In this document: positions 36,781-50,998 of the stretch, piece by piece | Numbering within the stretch: position 1 is the first letter of the stretch | How the letters are laid out: every line of letters begins with the position of its first letter | Assembly: GCA_951406725.2 (NCBI GenBank) | Contig: OX597818.1 | Coordinates: 112,034,001 to 112,098,000 of the forward strand | DNA length: 64,000 nucleotides | DNA from: Octopus vulgaris | Lineage: Eukaryota | Reading direction: 5' to 3' | The notes under the pieces: model-generated | What the model saw: only the letters and a program-made list of their open reading frames with translations | What the model was told of the DNA's origin: nothing | Databases searched by the model: none | Made by a program: the position numbers and the translations under genes

Positions 36781-37589
36781 GAAAACGGCTACTAAGATAC
36801 TTGAGTTCTTTCATCTGGTGAGCTATTAGGTTGCTTTCTTGTCCTTTCATTTCATCTGGAGAAACAAAATCTATTGAAATACTGCCGTAGCTTTTACAAA
36901 ATGGCTGCCGCTTGCAACGTTTTTTTGCTGGAGTATTAGTACGCTGCTACAACTGCGGCTGCTCTTATTATTGTATCTGATGGCTCTGGAAGCTTCAGTG
37001 AAAGTGTTAGTGGTAGTAATGAGAGACGTCAACTCAATCTTGTTTTTTAATGGTGGTCAGCAGAATGAAATAGAAAAGGTTTGAGTGGTAGCTGTAGCAG
37101 AGATGACATTTGTAAATGTTATTTCAGTGACTTTTCCCTTACCATCGGCGATAGTGGCAAAATTGCTGTCGTTATTGTTATTGTGTTTTTTCTCCTTAAT
37201 CATTTGTGAGGCTGTTGTCATTGTCGTTAGTCTCATTCCGTGACCGCTGCAGCCGACATAGTTTTCGTGTTGAAAAGAAGGAAATTGATGTTATTTCTAT
37301 GTTTGTCGTTGTGGTTCATTCCTGTGCGTTGTTGTTGCTAGAATTGTCTGAAAAATTTTTTTTAAACCAACTTTTTTCTTTTGTTTAGCAAAATCACTGC
37401 GGCAGACGATATTTTCGTGCTTTTACTGCTATCAAACTCATAATATCAGAATCATTGACATTTATTTTAAACCGTTTATCTGCCAAGTGCAGACGATGGT
37501 GGAAAGCCGTAGTGTTTCATTTAATTAAAAGAATACTGAGGATTTTAAATAGTTCTTCGATAATGTTTGAAACAAAACTTACCGGTTAT

Positions 37590-37792
37590 GCTTTAAAATT
37601 TTGGCGTATGGCCAACAGCTTTTGAAGGGAGGAGGAACTCAGCTTACGTTGCATCCAGAGCATGACTGGTATTTATTTATCGACTCTAAAAAGAAGAAAA
37701 GCAAATGTCAGCCTCAGTTTAATTTGCACACATAACTTAATGACAGATAAAATACCGCCAACGATTTTGTCCGGCATACCAACTTACCGCCT
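37590..37792 (-). mobile_element. SINE family 4, diverged
   Basis: TTTTGGCGTATGGCCAACAGC..GACTGGTATTTATTTATCGAC..AAATACCGC. Confidence 0.6.
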
Positions 37793-38825
37793 TATATTAT
37801 TATTTAATAATAAAAATATTGATAGTAATCTGGGATAAAAGGAAAAATATAAACATGACACGGGTTTCTCTGAGGAAGCTTGGGTGCTGGGATCACTATA
37901 AGATCAGCTTTTGGAGAAATGTACAATACACAAGTTTATAGAAAATGTTTAATACGGAAAATGTATATCGGATCAGTTGCCGCCAACAGAGAAAGGACTG
38001 TGTCCTTAAAAATCCAACCAGCCTGTGGTGGTAAACCTTGCCAATGGTTTGATTACTGACTAAAACACTGGTTGGCATGAAAGCTTTCATTGACCGGATA
38101 AACCAAAACTATGACCCTCCATATACACCAACCCAATACCGTAAAGCTAAAAGAAGGCAAAAACGAACTTGGGAAGAACACAAGAACGTGCTAGATGCCC
38201 TGTTATACTGCAATGTACTTTCAATTGAGGGGGTCGTATAAAGAATATACATAGTTAAACTGGGGGCAGTAAAAGCTATAACAATAGGCCGAATATGAAT
38301 TGCAATAAATTCGTTAATATTCATATAGTAAATAACCTGTTGCCTGATATGGATATCAAAGACATTCAAATATATGTTTAACCCAATATTAATTCAAACG
38401 ATGAAAATAATAATCCAAAATATTGTTCCATGGTAGAAGTGGAATTTAGTACGAAATAAACCAAATTGAGGCCGTCAACGAAATAGTCACTGATGAGGAT
38501 CTAATTGAGTGATTATAGTGGAAGTGGAGATATAGATACTGAACTTGACAATCTAAACGAAAAGTTGTATTGGAGGTGGGTGAATATCAAACATACTGAA
38601 TTAAGGGAGATTGAAACTCACTGAATCACCTTGTCTCTGTTGCAGTATCAATAGCCCGGCCCTGTGGCACTGTTTGGTGTCCATGTAAAGAGAAGCAGGA
38701 AAACAGCATGGCAAAGGAGAATTAGAAATAGAATTAATGAACTTAGAACCTATTTTGAATTACTCAAGAACATTAAGAGCAAAGTAAAGTTTAAAGGACC
38801 AACTCTAAAAAGTTGTAAAGAATAT

Positions 38826-39194
38826 ATCGTCGTGGTATTTCCTCGGTTGCGACGACGAGGTTTCCAGTTGATCCGATCAACGGAACAGCCTGCTTGTGGA
38901 ATTAACGAGCAAGTGGATGAGTGCTCCACAGTCACGAATACCCTTAACGTAGTTCTAGGGGAGACTGATCGTGACACAGTGTATGGCAAGGCAGGCCCAT
39001 TTGAAGTACATGTACAACAGAAGCAGGAAGAAAGAGTGAGAGAAAGTTGTGGTGAAAGAGTACAGCAGGGTTCGCCCCCCACTCACCTGCCGGAGCCTCG
39101 TGGAACTTTAGGTGTATTCGCTCAAAAAACACTCACAACGCCCTGTCTGAGTCGAAACCGCGATCCTATGACCACTAGACCATTGCGCCTCCAC
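38826..39194 (-). mobile_element. SINE family 3
   Basis: Minus-strand head GGAGGCGCAATGGTCTAGTGG..GGTTTCGACTC; collinear with 47657..48018. Confidence 0.85.
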
Positions 39195-39454
39195 ATAGAA
39201 ATAAGGCATAAAAAGGATAAGTGAAATGGATTGCGTAATAAAAATAAAAACAAAGAAGCAAATGATCTAAACCAAAGCTGCAAGTGTAAGGAGGTGGGGT
39301 GCGCTACAGAAAGGATGAAACACGTTGAAGGTTAGCAATACAGCAAGAGCTGATAAATCGCAGAGTTTTGGAAATCAGTCTGCTGCTCTACCAAGGAACA
39401 CAATCGTAATGCTCTCTGAATTCATCAACAAGTCAGAGACACTTAAACTATTAG

Positions 39455-39665
39455 TCCCAAATTCTGGCACAAGTCCAGCAATTTCGAAGGAGGTGATACA
39501 TTGATTACATCGACCCTAGTTCTCAACTGGGACTTATTTTATCGACTCTGAAAGAATGAAAGGCAAATGAAACTTCAGCGGGATTTGGGACTCAGAACGT
39601 AAGACAGAAGAAATACCGCTAAGTATTTTGCCCTGGGTGTTAACAGTTCTGTGATCTCGCAGCTT
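39455..39665 (-). mobile_element. SINE family 4
   Basis: GGCACAAGTCCAGCAATTT..GATTACATCGACCC..GAAAGGCAAA..CTCAGAACGTAAGAC. Confidence 0.78.
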
Positions 39666-40514
39666 AAAAGATACTCAACTTATTACAAACCAAATATAGT
39701 AAGATATCTTATAATAAGGATTGCATCGAGAAAAATCTACGAAATGAAATTCACTTGGAAAAAATATAACCTCAAATTTCTGTCCGAAAGGTCTCCCGTA
39801 ATCCCACAAGAGTCTGACTCATCTGAACAATAACATTAGGCATGGCCCTTGGAAAATCCCTCCTTGGCTAGCAGATAGAGTAATTTAATCTCCCAAAAGA
39901 TGAAACTAATGGCCCCCACCGCCAAAATATCGGTTAATAGTACTAACATCTATCACAACCCTTCCTGATGGATAACAAAATACTCCCCAACGAACAGAAA
40001 GGATTTAATCGGGATTCATATCGATATAAAGACCAGGTTTTAATCAATAAAATGATATTAGAGAATTACCATACAGAGTACAAAAATCTTTCTATTGCAT
40101 GGATTGATTACAAAAAAAAATAGCGTGTGATAGCCTTCCCCATATTGATATTGTGAAATACTTGGAAATCTGTAAAATCGCATCGGTGATTTTCTGTCGA
40201 TGCACTTGGAGAAAATTCTATATCGGGATTGAGAAGCAGGAATTGTGAATGATAAAAACTAACATTTTGAAGGTGATTCTGTATCACCTATCGTCTTTTG
40301 CATGTCTTTCATTCCGTTAAGTAAGTTGTTAAATGACACAAGACATGGATAGCGAGTAAGCTAAAAAAAAAAACACCTTTACAGAGATGATCTAAAGTTT
40401 TCTGCAAATGGTGACCGACCACTGCAACAGCTTTGGACTTTAGTAATAGATGTCCGGACCGTTTAACATCTAAGCGTCTGAGATTTATAAAGATGAAACA
40501 TTGTGATGATGCTG

Positions 40515-40562
<48 letters not shown>

Positions 40563-40567
40563 GTAAT

Positions 40568-40978
40568 AGATATAGTTGTCAAAGATCATGAAGAAAAAAA
40601 ATGCTTTCTAATTGATGTATCAATACCGGCAGATGACAACATGTCTCTAAAAGAAATGGAGAAACTCTCAAAATACAAAGACCTGGAAATAGAGATAACT
40701 AGAATGTGGAACCTGAAAACAGAAACAATTCCTATCATAGTAGGTGCATTAGGCATGATAAAAAAATATTCAGACAAATACATAACAAAAACACCAGGAC
40801 TTACAAACACATATAACATACAGAAAATTGCACTACTAGGCACTGCACACATCCTACGCAGAACACTTTCCATACAATAACCATCAGAGCATCACAACAA
40901 ATCACAGCACATACCCAAGGCACACAGAGCTGCGCTCGGTAGTGAAGTGAAAGCACGCTATAAAAATAAAACTACTGA

Positions 40979-40979
<1 letters not shown>
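40568..40979 (+). mobile_element. R4/Dong family B, short 5' truncated copy between TAA arrays
   Basis: DIVVKDHEEKKCFLIDVSIPADD..ALLGTAHILRRTLSIQ* plus 3' UTR ending AAACTACTGAATAATAAT. Confidence 0.93.
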
Positions 40980-41526
<547 letters not shown>

Positions 41527-41557
41527 CGCTTTATAAACTCTCAAATAATAATAATAA

Positions 41558-44500
41558 CCGCTTCATAAACTCTCAAATACAAACCAAAATAAAAAACAAA
41601 TCCAAATTGGCAACTATGTAACAAATGAAATAATACGAGAATTAAAACCTGATTTTACTGAGTTAAATGAAATTATTTACGCTTCTGCTAGGGCAATTGA
41701 AACCAGCTGTATGCCCCCGAAAAAACAAAGAAAACAAAACCTGGGAAGAAATCAAACCTGGAGAAGTAAAATTGAAAAAGAGATTGAATTTATGAGAGGG
41801 GAAATATCAATATTAAATGAACTAATATGTGGAAATGATGTAAGATCCAGAACAGAAAGAAAGATGAAGAGAAAATTTGGATCCTCACCAAGAGAAGAAC
41901 TGATATCAATAAAAGAAACGCTGAAACAAAAAGTCCAAGCAAAAGCCCAAAGAATACGAAGATTTGAGAAGAGAAACAAGTTTTACAAGCAAAATAAGCT
42001 GTTCACATCCAATGCCAAAAAATTCTACAGAGAAATAGGGAAGGAGAAAGTAACCGTTAAAGACCCCCTCCCATGGAAGAAGTTCAACACTTTTGGAAAA
42101 GGATTTGGAGTGACAAGAAGACGTACAACATAAATGCAGACTGGATTATACAAACTGAAGGATCCTACCAAAATTTACAACAACAAGCATGGGAAGACAT
42201 CACAATAGCAGACCTAAGAAAGGCACTCACGAAGGCCCATAATTGGAAATCCCCCGGTAAAGATAGGGTGCCGAATTTCTGGCTCGCATCGCTCCCGTGC
42301 GCACACGGTAAGCTAGTTCAGCTGCTCAATGGAATTATGGGAGACCCAAAGAAAACACCTGAATGGTTAGCAAGTGGCATTACTTACCTACTCCCAAAGA
42401 ATAACAGAAACCAACCTTCCAAAAAACTATCGGCCTATAACCTGTCTATCCACCACGTATAAAATCCTAACATCTATCCTGGCGGAGAAAACATATGCAT
42501 TCATGGAGAAGAACGATATTTTCCCCATTGAACAAAAAGGGTGCCGCCGAGGCTCTTACGGATGCAAAGATCAACTGCTAATCAATCGTATGATCCTTGA
42601 GAACTGTCACAACAAGCGCAGAAATCTCAGCACCGCATGGATTGACTATAAAAAGGCCTTCGACAGTATACCGCATCCATGGATCTTGAGATCGCTGGAC
42701 ATCTTCAAAATTTCCCCTGTGATTTCAAACTTTCTGAAGCACAATATGTCGTTGTGGAATACGAATCTCCAATTATACCACTCTAATGGAGTACTTGCCT
42801 CAGAAAATATAAACATCAACTGTGGAATTTTTCAAAGTGACTCACTTTCACCTTTAATATTCTGCATAGCCCTAATACCCCTTACAAGTGAATTAAACAG
42901 AACAAGGTATGGGTATAAAATTGCCAATAAAAAAATAAGCCATCTATTTTATATGGATGACTTAAAACTTTATGGTAAAGACAATAATGAACTTGAAGGC
43001 CTATTGCGCACCGTGAAATCATTCAGCGATGACATCGGGATGGAGTTTGGACTTGAGAAGTGTGCCAAGGCCACTTTCCAGAAAGGGAAAGTGAAGACCA
43101 CAAATTCAGTCGTGTTAGATGTTGACACAGTCATAAGAGAGCTTGAGCAAGAACAAACATACAAATATTTAGGGATAAATGAAGGCTCTGGTATTCAGCA
43201 TGCAAGCATGAAAGAGAAAATCAGGAAGGAATGTTATAGGAGAGTTCGTGCAGTCCTGAAATCTGAACTAAATGCACGTAACAAGGTGTTAGCTATAAAT
43301 TCCCTAGCAGTTCCAGTTGTTACTTATAGATACAATGTGTTGAACTGGAATATGAGTGAAGTAAAGAATATAGATAGAAAAATACGCAAGCTGCTGAGTT
43401 GTAATAGGATGCACCACCCAAAGGCAGACGTAGATAGCCTTTACCTTCCCAGAGCCCAAGGAGGTCGAGGCCTGATCCAATTTGAACTAGCTTACAAAAC
43501 AACCACAATTGGACTGGCCAAATATTTCGAAATATCGAATGACTGGATGCTAAAGCTCGTGGAAAATCACGAGAGACGAAAGAAGCTTCATTCTATCATC
43601 AAGGAAAGCAAAAAATTTGCTATTGATCTCGTGCAGGAAACCCAAACTGAACAACCCGAGGGAAGTACGGCAACTATTGTTGCAAAGAAGGTGAAAATGA
43701 TGGCAATGAAAAAAGCGCACGAGCAATTGGCTGATAGGTGGGAGGAGAAACCTCTGCACGGCAAATATGTGACCCGCAGCAAACAAGCTGATGTTGACCA
43801 GAAGCAAACCCATCAGTGGCTGCGGAGCTCAGGGCTAAAAGCAGAGAGCGAAGGTTTCATCCTGGCTGCTCAATACCAAAGCCTATCAACCCGGAACTAC
43901 CAGGCCAATGTGATGAAAAATGGAGCAGACCCAAAATGCCGATTCTGCAACGACATGATTGAAACAGTGGACCACCTAATCTCTGGATGTAAAGTCTTAG
44001 CACCAGTGGAGTATAAATTAAGACATGACAGAGTTGGCCAATATCTCCACTGGCTAATAAGTCGGCATTACAATATCAAAACTGCCGACAAGTGGTATAA
44101 TCACCACCCTGAGGCTGTAACTGAAGGAGAAAATGTAACCATTCTGCGGGACTTTCCAGTACATACAGACCGAACCATCAAGGCCAATAAACCAGATATT
44201 GTTGTGAAAGACCAAAACAATAAAGTTTGCTTATTGATCGACATGAGCATCCCCTGTGATCATAATATCTCAGCGAAAGAGTTTGACAAGCTCAGAAAAT
44301 ATAAAGACCTACTCATTGAAATTGAGAAAATGTGGCATCTCAAGGCGGTTACAATACCAGTGATCGTAGGAGCACTAGGAATGATCAAGAAGGGAACCGA
44401 AAATTATATGAGAATGATCCCTGACTTACCATCCCTGCAAGAAGTGCAAAAGATTGTCTTAACTGGTACATCACACGTATTGAGAAGAGCATTGTCGATG

Positions 44501-44686
44501 TGAGAACTGTTGCTGCTCATGCATTTTAATTTAACTTAAAAAAAAAAAAAAAAAATAACGAACTACTGAGTTTGGTTTAATGGCCTACCAATATACACTA
44601 TGAGTTTCTTTGCCCTAGGAGTCGGGAAGACACTCGGCAAGAAATGGAAGAAAATTTGAAAGAAGAAAAAAAAAAAAAAAAAAAAA

Positions 44687-44688
<2 letters not shown>
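41558..44688 (+). mobile_element. R4/Dong family A non-LTR retrotransposon, long 5' truncated copy with poly(A) then (TAA)n at the 3' end
   Basis: Three overlapping frames (41711..42133, 42073..42462, 42374..44503) form one R4-type protein; TAA arrays on both sides. Confidence 0.95.
42374..44503 (+). pseudogene. Reverse transcriptase + CCHC zinc knuckle + restriction-like endonuclease ORF (709 aa open segment of a frameshifted ORF)
   Basis: NYRPITCL, EQKGCR, WIDYKKAFDS, GIFQSDSLSP (normally QGD), LFYMDDLKLY, YKYLG, CRFC-x8-H-x4-C, RHD, KPDIVV..LIDMSIP..KLRKY; upstream frameshifts near 42065 and 42405. Confidence 0.93.
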
Positions 44689-44727
<39 letters not shown>

Positions 44728-45394
44728 GTGGAGTATAAATTAAGATATGACAGAGTTGGCCAATATCTACACTGGCTAATAAGTCGGCGTTACAATATCA
44801 AAACTGCCGACAAGTGGTATAATCACCACCCTGAAGCTGTAACTGAAGGAGAAAATGTATCCATTCTGTGGGACTTTCCAGTACATACAGCCCGAACCAT
44901 CAAAGCCAATAAACCGGATATTGTTGTGAAAGACCAAAACAATAAAGTTTGCTTATTGATCGACATGAGCATCCCCTGTGATCATAATATCTCGGCGAAA
45001 GAGTTTGACAAGCTCAGAAAATATAAAGAACTGCTCATTGAAATTGAGAAAGTGTGGCATTTCAAGGCGGTTGCAATACCAGTGATCGTAGGAGCACTAG
45101 GAATGATCAAGAAGGGAACCGAAAATTATATGAGAATGATTCCTGGTTTACCATCCCTGCAAGAAGTGCAAAAGATTGCCTTAACTGGTACATCACACGT
45201 ATTGAGAAGAGCATTGTCGATGTGAGAACTATTACTACCCATGTATTTTAATTTAACTTAAAAAAAAAAATGAACGAACTAGTGAGTTTAGTTTAATGGC
45301 CTACCAATGTATACTATGAGTTTCTTTGCCCTAAGAGTCGGGAAGACACTCGGCAAGAAATGGAAGCAAATTTGAAAGAAGAAGAAAAAAAAAG
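44728..45394 (+). mobile_element. R4/Dong family A, second 5' truncated copy (RLE plus 3' UTR)
   Basis: ORF 44728..45225 nearly identical to the C-terminus of 42374..44503; TAA arrays on both sides. Confidence 0.95.
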
Positions 45395-45453
<59 letters not shown>

Positions 45454-45454
<1 letters not shown>

Positions 45455-45810
45455 TCTGATCACGAGCAGAAGTAGTGGGGGAGCATCATAGCCATGTGTT
45501 GAGAGGGATTTGGAGTGGTATGAATAATTCACCTTTGGAAACATTGCTGTTTCGTTCAACAGGCTTAAACAACCCTTATTCATGGACCTTTTGATCGGGA
45601 TGGGTACTCGACCAGAAGAGAATTCTAACAGGGCCCCACCTGCAAGATCATGCACTATTTATCTTGATATGAGATCACCTTGTCGTGCACATATGGTTGT
45701 GATGCTTGTGCCTAGTGTACCCTTCGCAGATGGGTACTCATGATGGGTATAATGGGCTTCGTATATTTTACCCCAGTGCCACTTTGATGGCATGCACTGC
45801 TCTCTCACTC
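45454..45810 (+). mobile_element. Family F non-coding TAA-tailed 3' end between TAA arrays
   Basis: Collinear with 34190..34563. Confidence 0.75.
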
Positions 45811-45898
<88 letters not shown>

Positions 45899-45899
<1 letters not shown>

Positions 45900-46340
45900 C
45901 AGATAGAGAAATTAAGGCCAACAGACCAGATATAGTTGTCAGAGATCATGAAGAAAAAAAATGCTTTTTAATTGATGTATCAATACCGGCAGATGACAAC
46001 GTGTCTCTAAAAGAAATGGAGAAACTCTCAAAATACAAAGACCTGGAAATAGAGGTAACTAGAATGTGGAATCTGAAAACAGAAACAATTCCTATCATAG
46101 TAGGTGCATTAGGCATGATAAAAAAATATTCAGACAAATACATAACAAAAACACCAGGACTTACAAACACATATAACATACAGAAAATTGCACTACTAGG
46201 CACTGCCCACATCCTACGCAGAACACTTTCCATACAATAACCATCAGAGCATCACAACAAATCACAGCACATACCCAAGGCACACAGAGCTGCGCTCGGT
46301 AGTGAAGTGAAAGCACGCTATAAAAATAAAAATAAAACTA

Positions 46341-46345
<5 letters not shown>
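45899..46345 (+). mobile_element. R4/Dong family B, short 5' truncated copy between TAA arrays
   Basis: DREIKANRPDIVVRDHEEKKCFLIDVSIP..RRTLSIQ* plus the same 3' UTR. Confidence 0.93.
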
Positions 46346-46371
<26 letters not shown>

Positions 46372-47656
46372 CGCTAGTACTCTAAATTAAAAGGCAATCT
46401 GTAAATACGGCAAGATAAATGCTTTTGAAAACTTCCAATTAATATTACGATCTACAATGCTTTCTGGAGAGGATTAAACCAGAGCCAGTAATACGATGTA
46501 AAAGACTTTCTACAGCGAAATTAGCTCTGTGTGTGTTGACAAAATAAACCCTTATTATCATATATCCAATTTTAGTTATTCTTTCTCTACAATATTGACG
46601 CAGACATTTAGACGGCTGTATTAATTGGTTCGGAATGGCACTGTCTGTCTGTATGTCTATGTTTTCTTTATCTAGAGAGATGTACAATATAAAAAAGAAA
46701 ACAGTCAAACAAAAATGCTAAATGGTGTTTTTCATATTTTCACTAATATTTGCTGATTGTGGTTTTGCTAATATCTTTTGTTTCCTTCGCCACGGAGAAT
46801 TCAGATCATCTGCAGAATTCTCAATGAATCTCTTATAGCTTCTATTCTCATGACACTTTCGGTAATTTCCTTTATTTTCAGACTTGTGATAATGGAATCT
46901 ACCATTGTTCCAAATTTTGCTTTGTGTTGTAGATAAAATATTTATATTGATTCTGGTTTCCTTATATAAGTACTCGAGAGGTTGTTTTCTCCACTCTCGC
47001 TGGCACTTCGTCCTTCATAGCTAAGGTGTGCTTTCGCGAGCTACGCATTTTGAAAAAGAAATATTTATCTCAGCTTTGATACAGACTAATTTCTTTTTTC
47101 TGACGCCATTTCTATTACTATAGAAATTTATGAAGAATCGCTTTGTGCATTAGTTTCATTTTATACTGAAATGCCAGAATTATTATGTCACATTTGCGTA
47201 ACTCCATCTTTCAGAAAATAACTAATTGCTACTTTTAACAACACAATTGTAAATTGCCTCCCTTGATTTCACAGGACATTAATTAGTTTGAAGTCCAGAG
47301 TTATGCATATAGCTCTTGTGAAGGTTTTGACTATAAGTGCCCAAGCTGAAGTTGATTTTTCGTAATTTTTATTTCTTTATAAATGTCCACTATCAGAGCC
47401 CGGAAATTTCACAGCAGATACCTACACGCTTTTCCACATCTCGTCGCTATGTTGCGTCCAGCATTATAGTCTGGCACCAGCTACAATCCTTAGGCATTCT
47501 TCCCAAAACAATTGCGTTCTGGAATCTTCTCCTTACTCAGACCATTGTGTCGTATTAAGTGGTCACAACTTCAAAATCATATTGTCGATATAAAATTCAC
47601 TGGCTTCCGAGGTCATGCAAAAAACTCTGCCAGGAGCCGTAACCTTCCTCCAGAGG

Positions 47657-48018
47657 TAGTCGTGGCACTCCGTCAGTTACGACGACGAGGGTCCCAGATG
47701 ACCCAATCAACGGAATAGCTTGCTCGTGAAATTAACGTGCAAGTGGCTGGGCACTCCACAGACACGTGCACCCTTAATGTAGTTCTCGGTGAGACTCAGC
47801 TTGACCTAGAGTGTGACAAGACTGACCCATTGAAATACATGTTCAACAGAAACAGGAAGAAAGAGTGAGAGAAAGTTGTGGTGGAAGAGTACAGCAGGAT
47901 TCGCCACCATCCCCTGTCGGAGCCTCGTGGAGCTTTAGGTGTTTTCGCTCAATAAACACTCACAACGCCCGGTCTGTGGGTCGAAACCGCCCTAAACACT
48001 GAGCCATTGCGTCACCAC
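47657..48018 (-). mobile_element. SINE family 3
   Basis: Collinear with 38826..39194. Confidence 0.85.
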
Positions 48019-48336
48019 CCCAGACGTAGTAGGTAAAATAAAACAGCAATATTCGTCAGTTTATTTAGTTTTAACTTTAGATTTCCCTTGTTTAACAGAT
48101 TTGTCAAACCTGATCAGCAAATGAAATTTAACCGCAAGTTTCGTACACATGATACAGAATAGTAAACAAAATAAACAAATAAAATGAAATAATTAAAATT
48201 AGTTAAGTACTTAATATATAATCAGTTAGGAATTCTTGCAGAATACCCAAACTTGGTTAAGCCTGTATATTTCGAAGTAGGATTAAGCGAACCGGATTTA
48301 TCTAAATTTAATAAAAACCAAAAATCATACCCACAC

Positions 48337-48401
<65 letters not shown>

Positions 48402-48969
48402 ATTATTTTAGAAATAATTCCCGGATAATATAACGGAACGATTCTCTAAATTTTATATCCGACCAATTTGCAAAATTTTACAATTATTTCAATTGATCTA
48501 TTCGTATAATTTTCTCTTCAGCTTTCGTAACTGCTGTCTTCTCCTTGAATACTGCTGAAACACACGGACTACGCATGACTGACTTTCAGTTTAGGATTGA
48601 ATGTTTTCGCATTTGCTGCTTCACGACCCAGTGATCTTTCATACACATACACACGCACATACATACATGCACATACATACATACATACATGCATTCATAC
48701 ATACGTACATACATACATACATACATACATACATACATACATACATACGTACATGCATGCATGCATGCACACATGCATACATACACCATAAACATTTGTA
48801 GCAGTGTTCGTATGAGATTGTGATGCGCTTTCAACTTGTAACATGGAAATCTTTCTTCATTCTTATTCCAGCGTCGTTTAATATTTCCTCTCTTTCGAAA
48901 TTTAAATGTGAAATATGTATAATTATGTATGTATGTATGTCTGAATGTATGTATATATGTGTATATATA

Positions 48970-49017
<48 letters not shown>

Positions 49018-49654
49018 TATGTATATAGATTTATATATAGATGCATACATACGTGCCTACATACAGGCGCGCGTACACAAACGCACACGCATAATCTCCC
49101 ACCATATTTGAAACTGTTTAATCTCTTCTAACGATATGTTTTACCAAACAAGAACTTTTACTACTGACATTCGTTCGATTTCTACTGACAAAGTATATGC
49201 TTTGTGTGATCTATAATTGCTGCTGTATGCGGTTGCACACACGAAGCGAGGCAGACCAGAGCGAAAATAATGCTCGCAAGAAGGAGTGCTATCGCTTTCT
49301 GTGCTTTGTCATAAATTCTCTGAAACTCTGACAGAATCATAATGACGACACGAACGAAGAAGTAGGGAACTATGTCGCACACCTGGAGTTTACGCCTGCC
49401 AAGAATAACCAAACAATGATTGGCATTAAAACAAAGCATTGATGACAAGTATTTTGAAGAATGTGACTGGCCAGTTTTATTATGATTTGTAGCTGCAACT
49501 TGCAGTCATGAGATTTTAGTGATAGCTGATAACAACGCTCTGTAACTGAATGGATATTTGTTGTAGTATAAAGAATGCTTATACGATGTAAAACCTTTCG
49601 TGACACCTGATACCAGAAGTGTAGCTTGTCACGATGCTTCTCGTGAAACAGGTT

Positions 49655-49850
49655 TCATATTTTGGCACAAGGCTAGCAATGTCGAGTGAAGGAGTAAGTC
49701 GATTATACACACCCCAACGCTCAACTTGTACTTAATTTAACGACTCAGAAAAGGGGTAAGTCAAAGTAAATCTCGATGGAATTTGAATTCAAAACATAAA
49801 CTTTGCATTTTTCGCGGCGTCCAACTCATTCTATCAGATTGCCGTCTTAT
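49655..49850 (-). mobile_element. SINE family 4, diverged
   Basis: TTTTGGCACAAGGCTAGCAA..AGTCGATTA..GGAATTTGAATTC. Confidence 0.65.
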
Positions 49851-50603
49851 TCTTCTTGTGAAATAGCCGACGTTTTGTCAGCGACCTAATTTCGGAAAAA
49901 CTATTTTAAAAATTAATACAGGTTTGTTAATTTGTAGGAGAACTATACACTTTGTTTTTGAGCTGCAAATCAATCATGAAGCGATCATATTGTGCTTAAA
50001 GTTATATTTTCTGGGGCAAGCAATGTCGGAAGTATGAGACAAGTATCTCCATTGACTTTCGTTTGAGCTTCTTCACCGTAGCTGATATGATATAATATCA
50101 CAGGTGGGGTAACAGTCTTTCTCTTTCGTGTACAATGACTGAAAATAGTAAAAACCAAAAGTAACAGAGGCAATGCTAAGAATTATCCTGGAAGGCAAAA
50201 GAGAAGCGTTGCGATTGTGGCGAACAGAGAAAGATTGAGGAGAGTAGAGAGTGATATAAGCCAAAGCAAAAGGCCAGGACAAGATGCAAATTAAATGAAT
50301 AACGAATGGCGGGAAAAAGGATATAAGGACGAAGCAAGACCACTACAAGCATAAGCGGAACTCAAAGAAAACAGTATACAAAGAATGATGTATACTGTTT
50401 TCGAATGATGGTGAGGGGCAGTGGCGCACTGGCCAGATTGCCAGCTTGCCCGATGGCATGTATGTCCCTGCGCAATTAGAATCCATATATGGAGGCCCAT
50501 GTTAGTATCTCAAGTTTGAGAATTTTTTATTCACTCCTGGGAGAATGCATTAATTTATTTCAGCCTGGCTGTGATTGTAGAAAGTTGAAAAGAATACTTT
50601 AAA

Positions 50604-50998
50604 CAGGAGTGGCTGTGTGGTAAGTAGATTGCTTACGAACTACATGGTTCCGAGTTCAGTCCCACTGCGTGGCACCTTGGGCAAGTGTCTTCTACTCTAG
50701 TCTCAGGCCGACCAAAGCCTTGTGAGTGGATTTGGTAGACGGAAACTGAAAGAAGCCCGTCGTATATATGTATGTGTGTATATGTTTGTGTGCCTGTGTT
50801 TGTCCCCCCAACATCGCTTAATAACTGGTGTGATTACGTCCCCGTAACTTAGCGGTTCGGCAAAAGTGACCAATAGAATAAGTACTAGGCCTACAAAAGA
50901 ATAAGTCCTGGGGTCGATTTGATTCGACTAAAGGCGGTGCTCCAGCATAGCCACAGTCAAATGACTGAAACTAATAAAATAGTAACAAAAGAGTAAAG
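50604..50998 (+). mobile_element. SINE family 1, full length
   Basis: A and B boxes, CCTTGGGCAAGT core, tail repeats. Confidence 0.94.

Larger units (their letters stand above)
38400..40500 (+). mobile_element. Old, fragmented R4/Dong element (N-terminal region plus RT) interrupted by two SINEs
   Basis: AWQRRIRNRINELR, EFWKSV..EHNRNA, NEQKGFNRDSYRYKDQVLINKMILENYHTEYKNLSIAWIDYKK, FEGDSVSPIVFC, YRDDLKF in the same order as family A. Confidence 0.8.

Noticed and set aside
38664-39224. 186-aa ORF
   Set aside because: Chimeric read-through from an R4 relic into an antisense SINE
42374-44503. Active or domesticated RT gene
   Set aside because: 5' truncated, two upstream frameshifts and substitutions at conserved sites (QGD to QSD, WDF to RDF, AQDQ to AQYQ)
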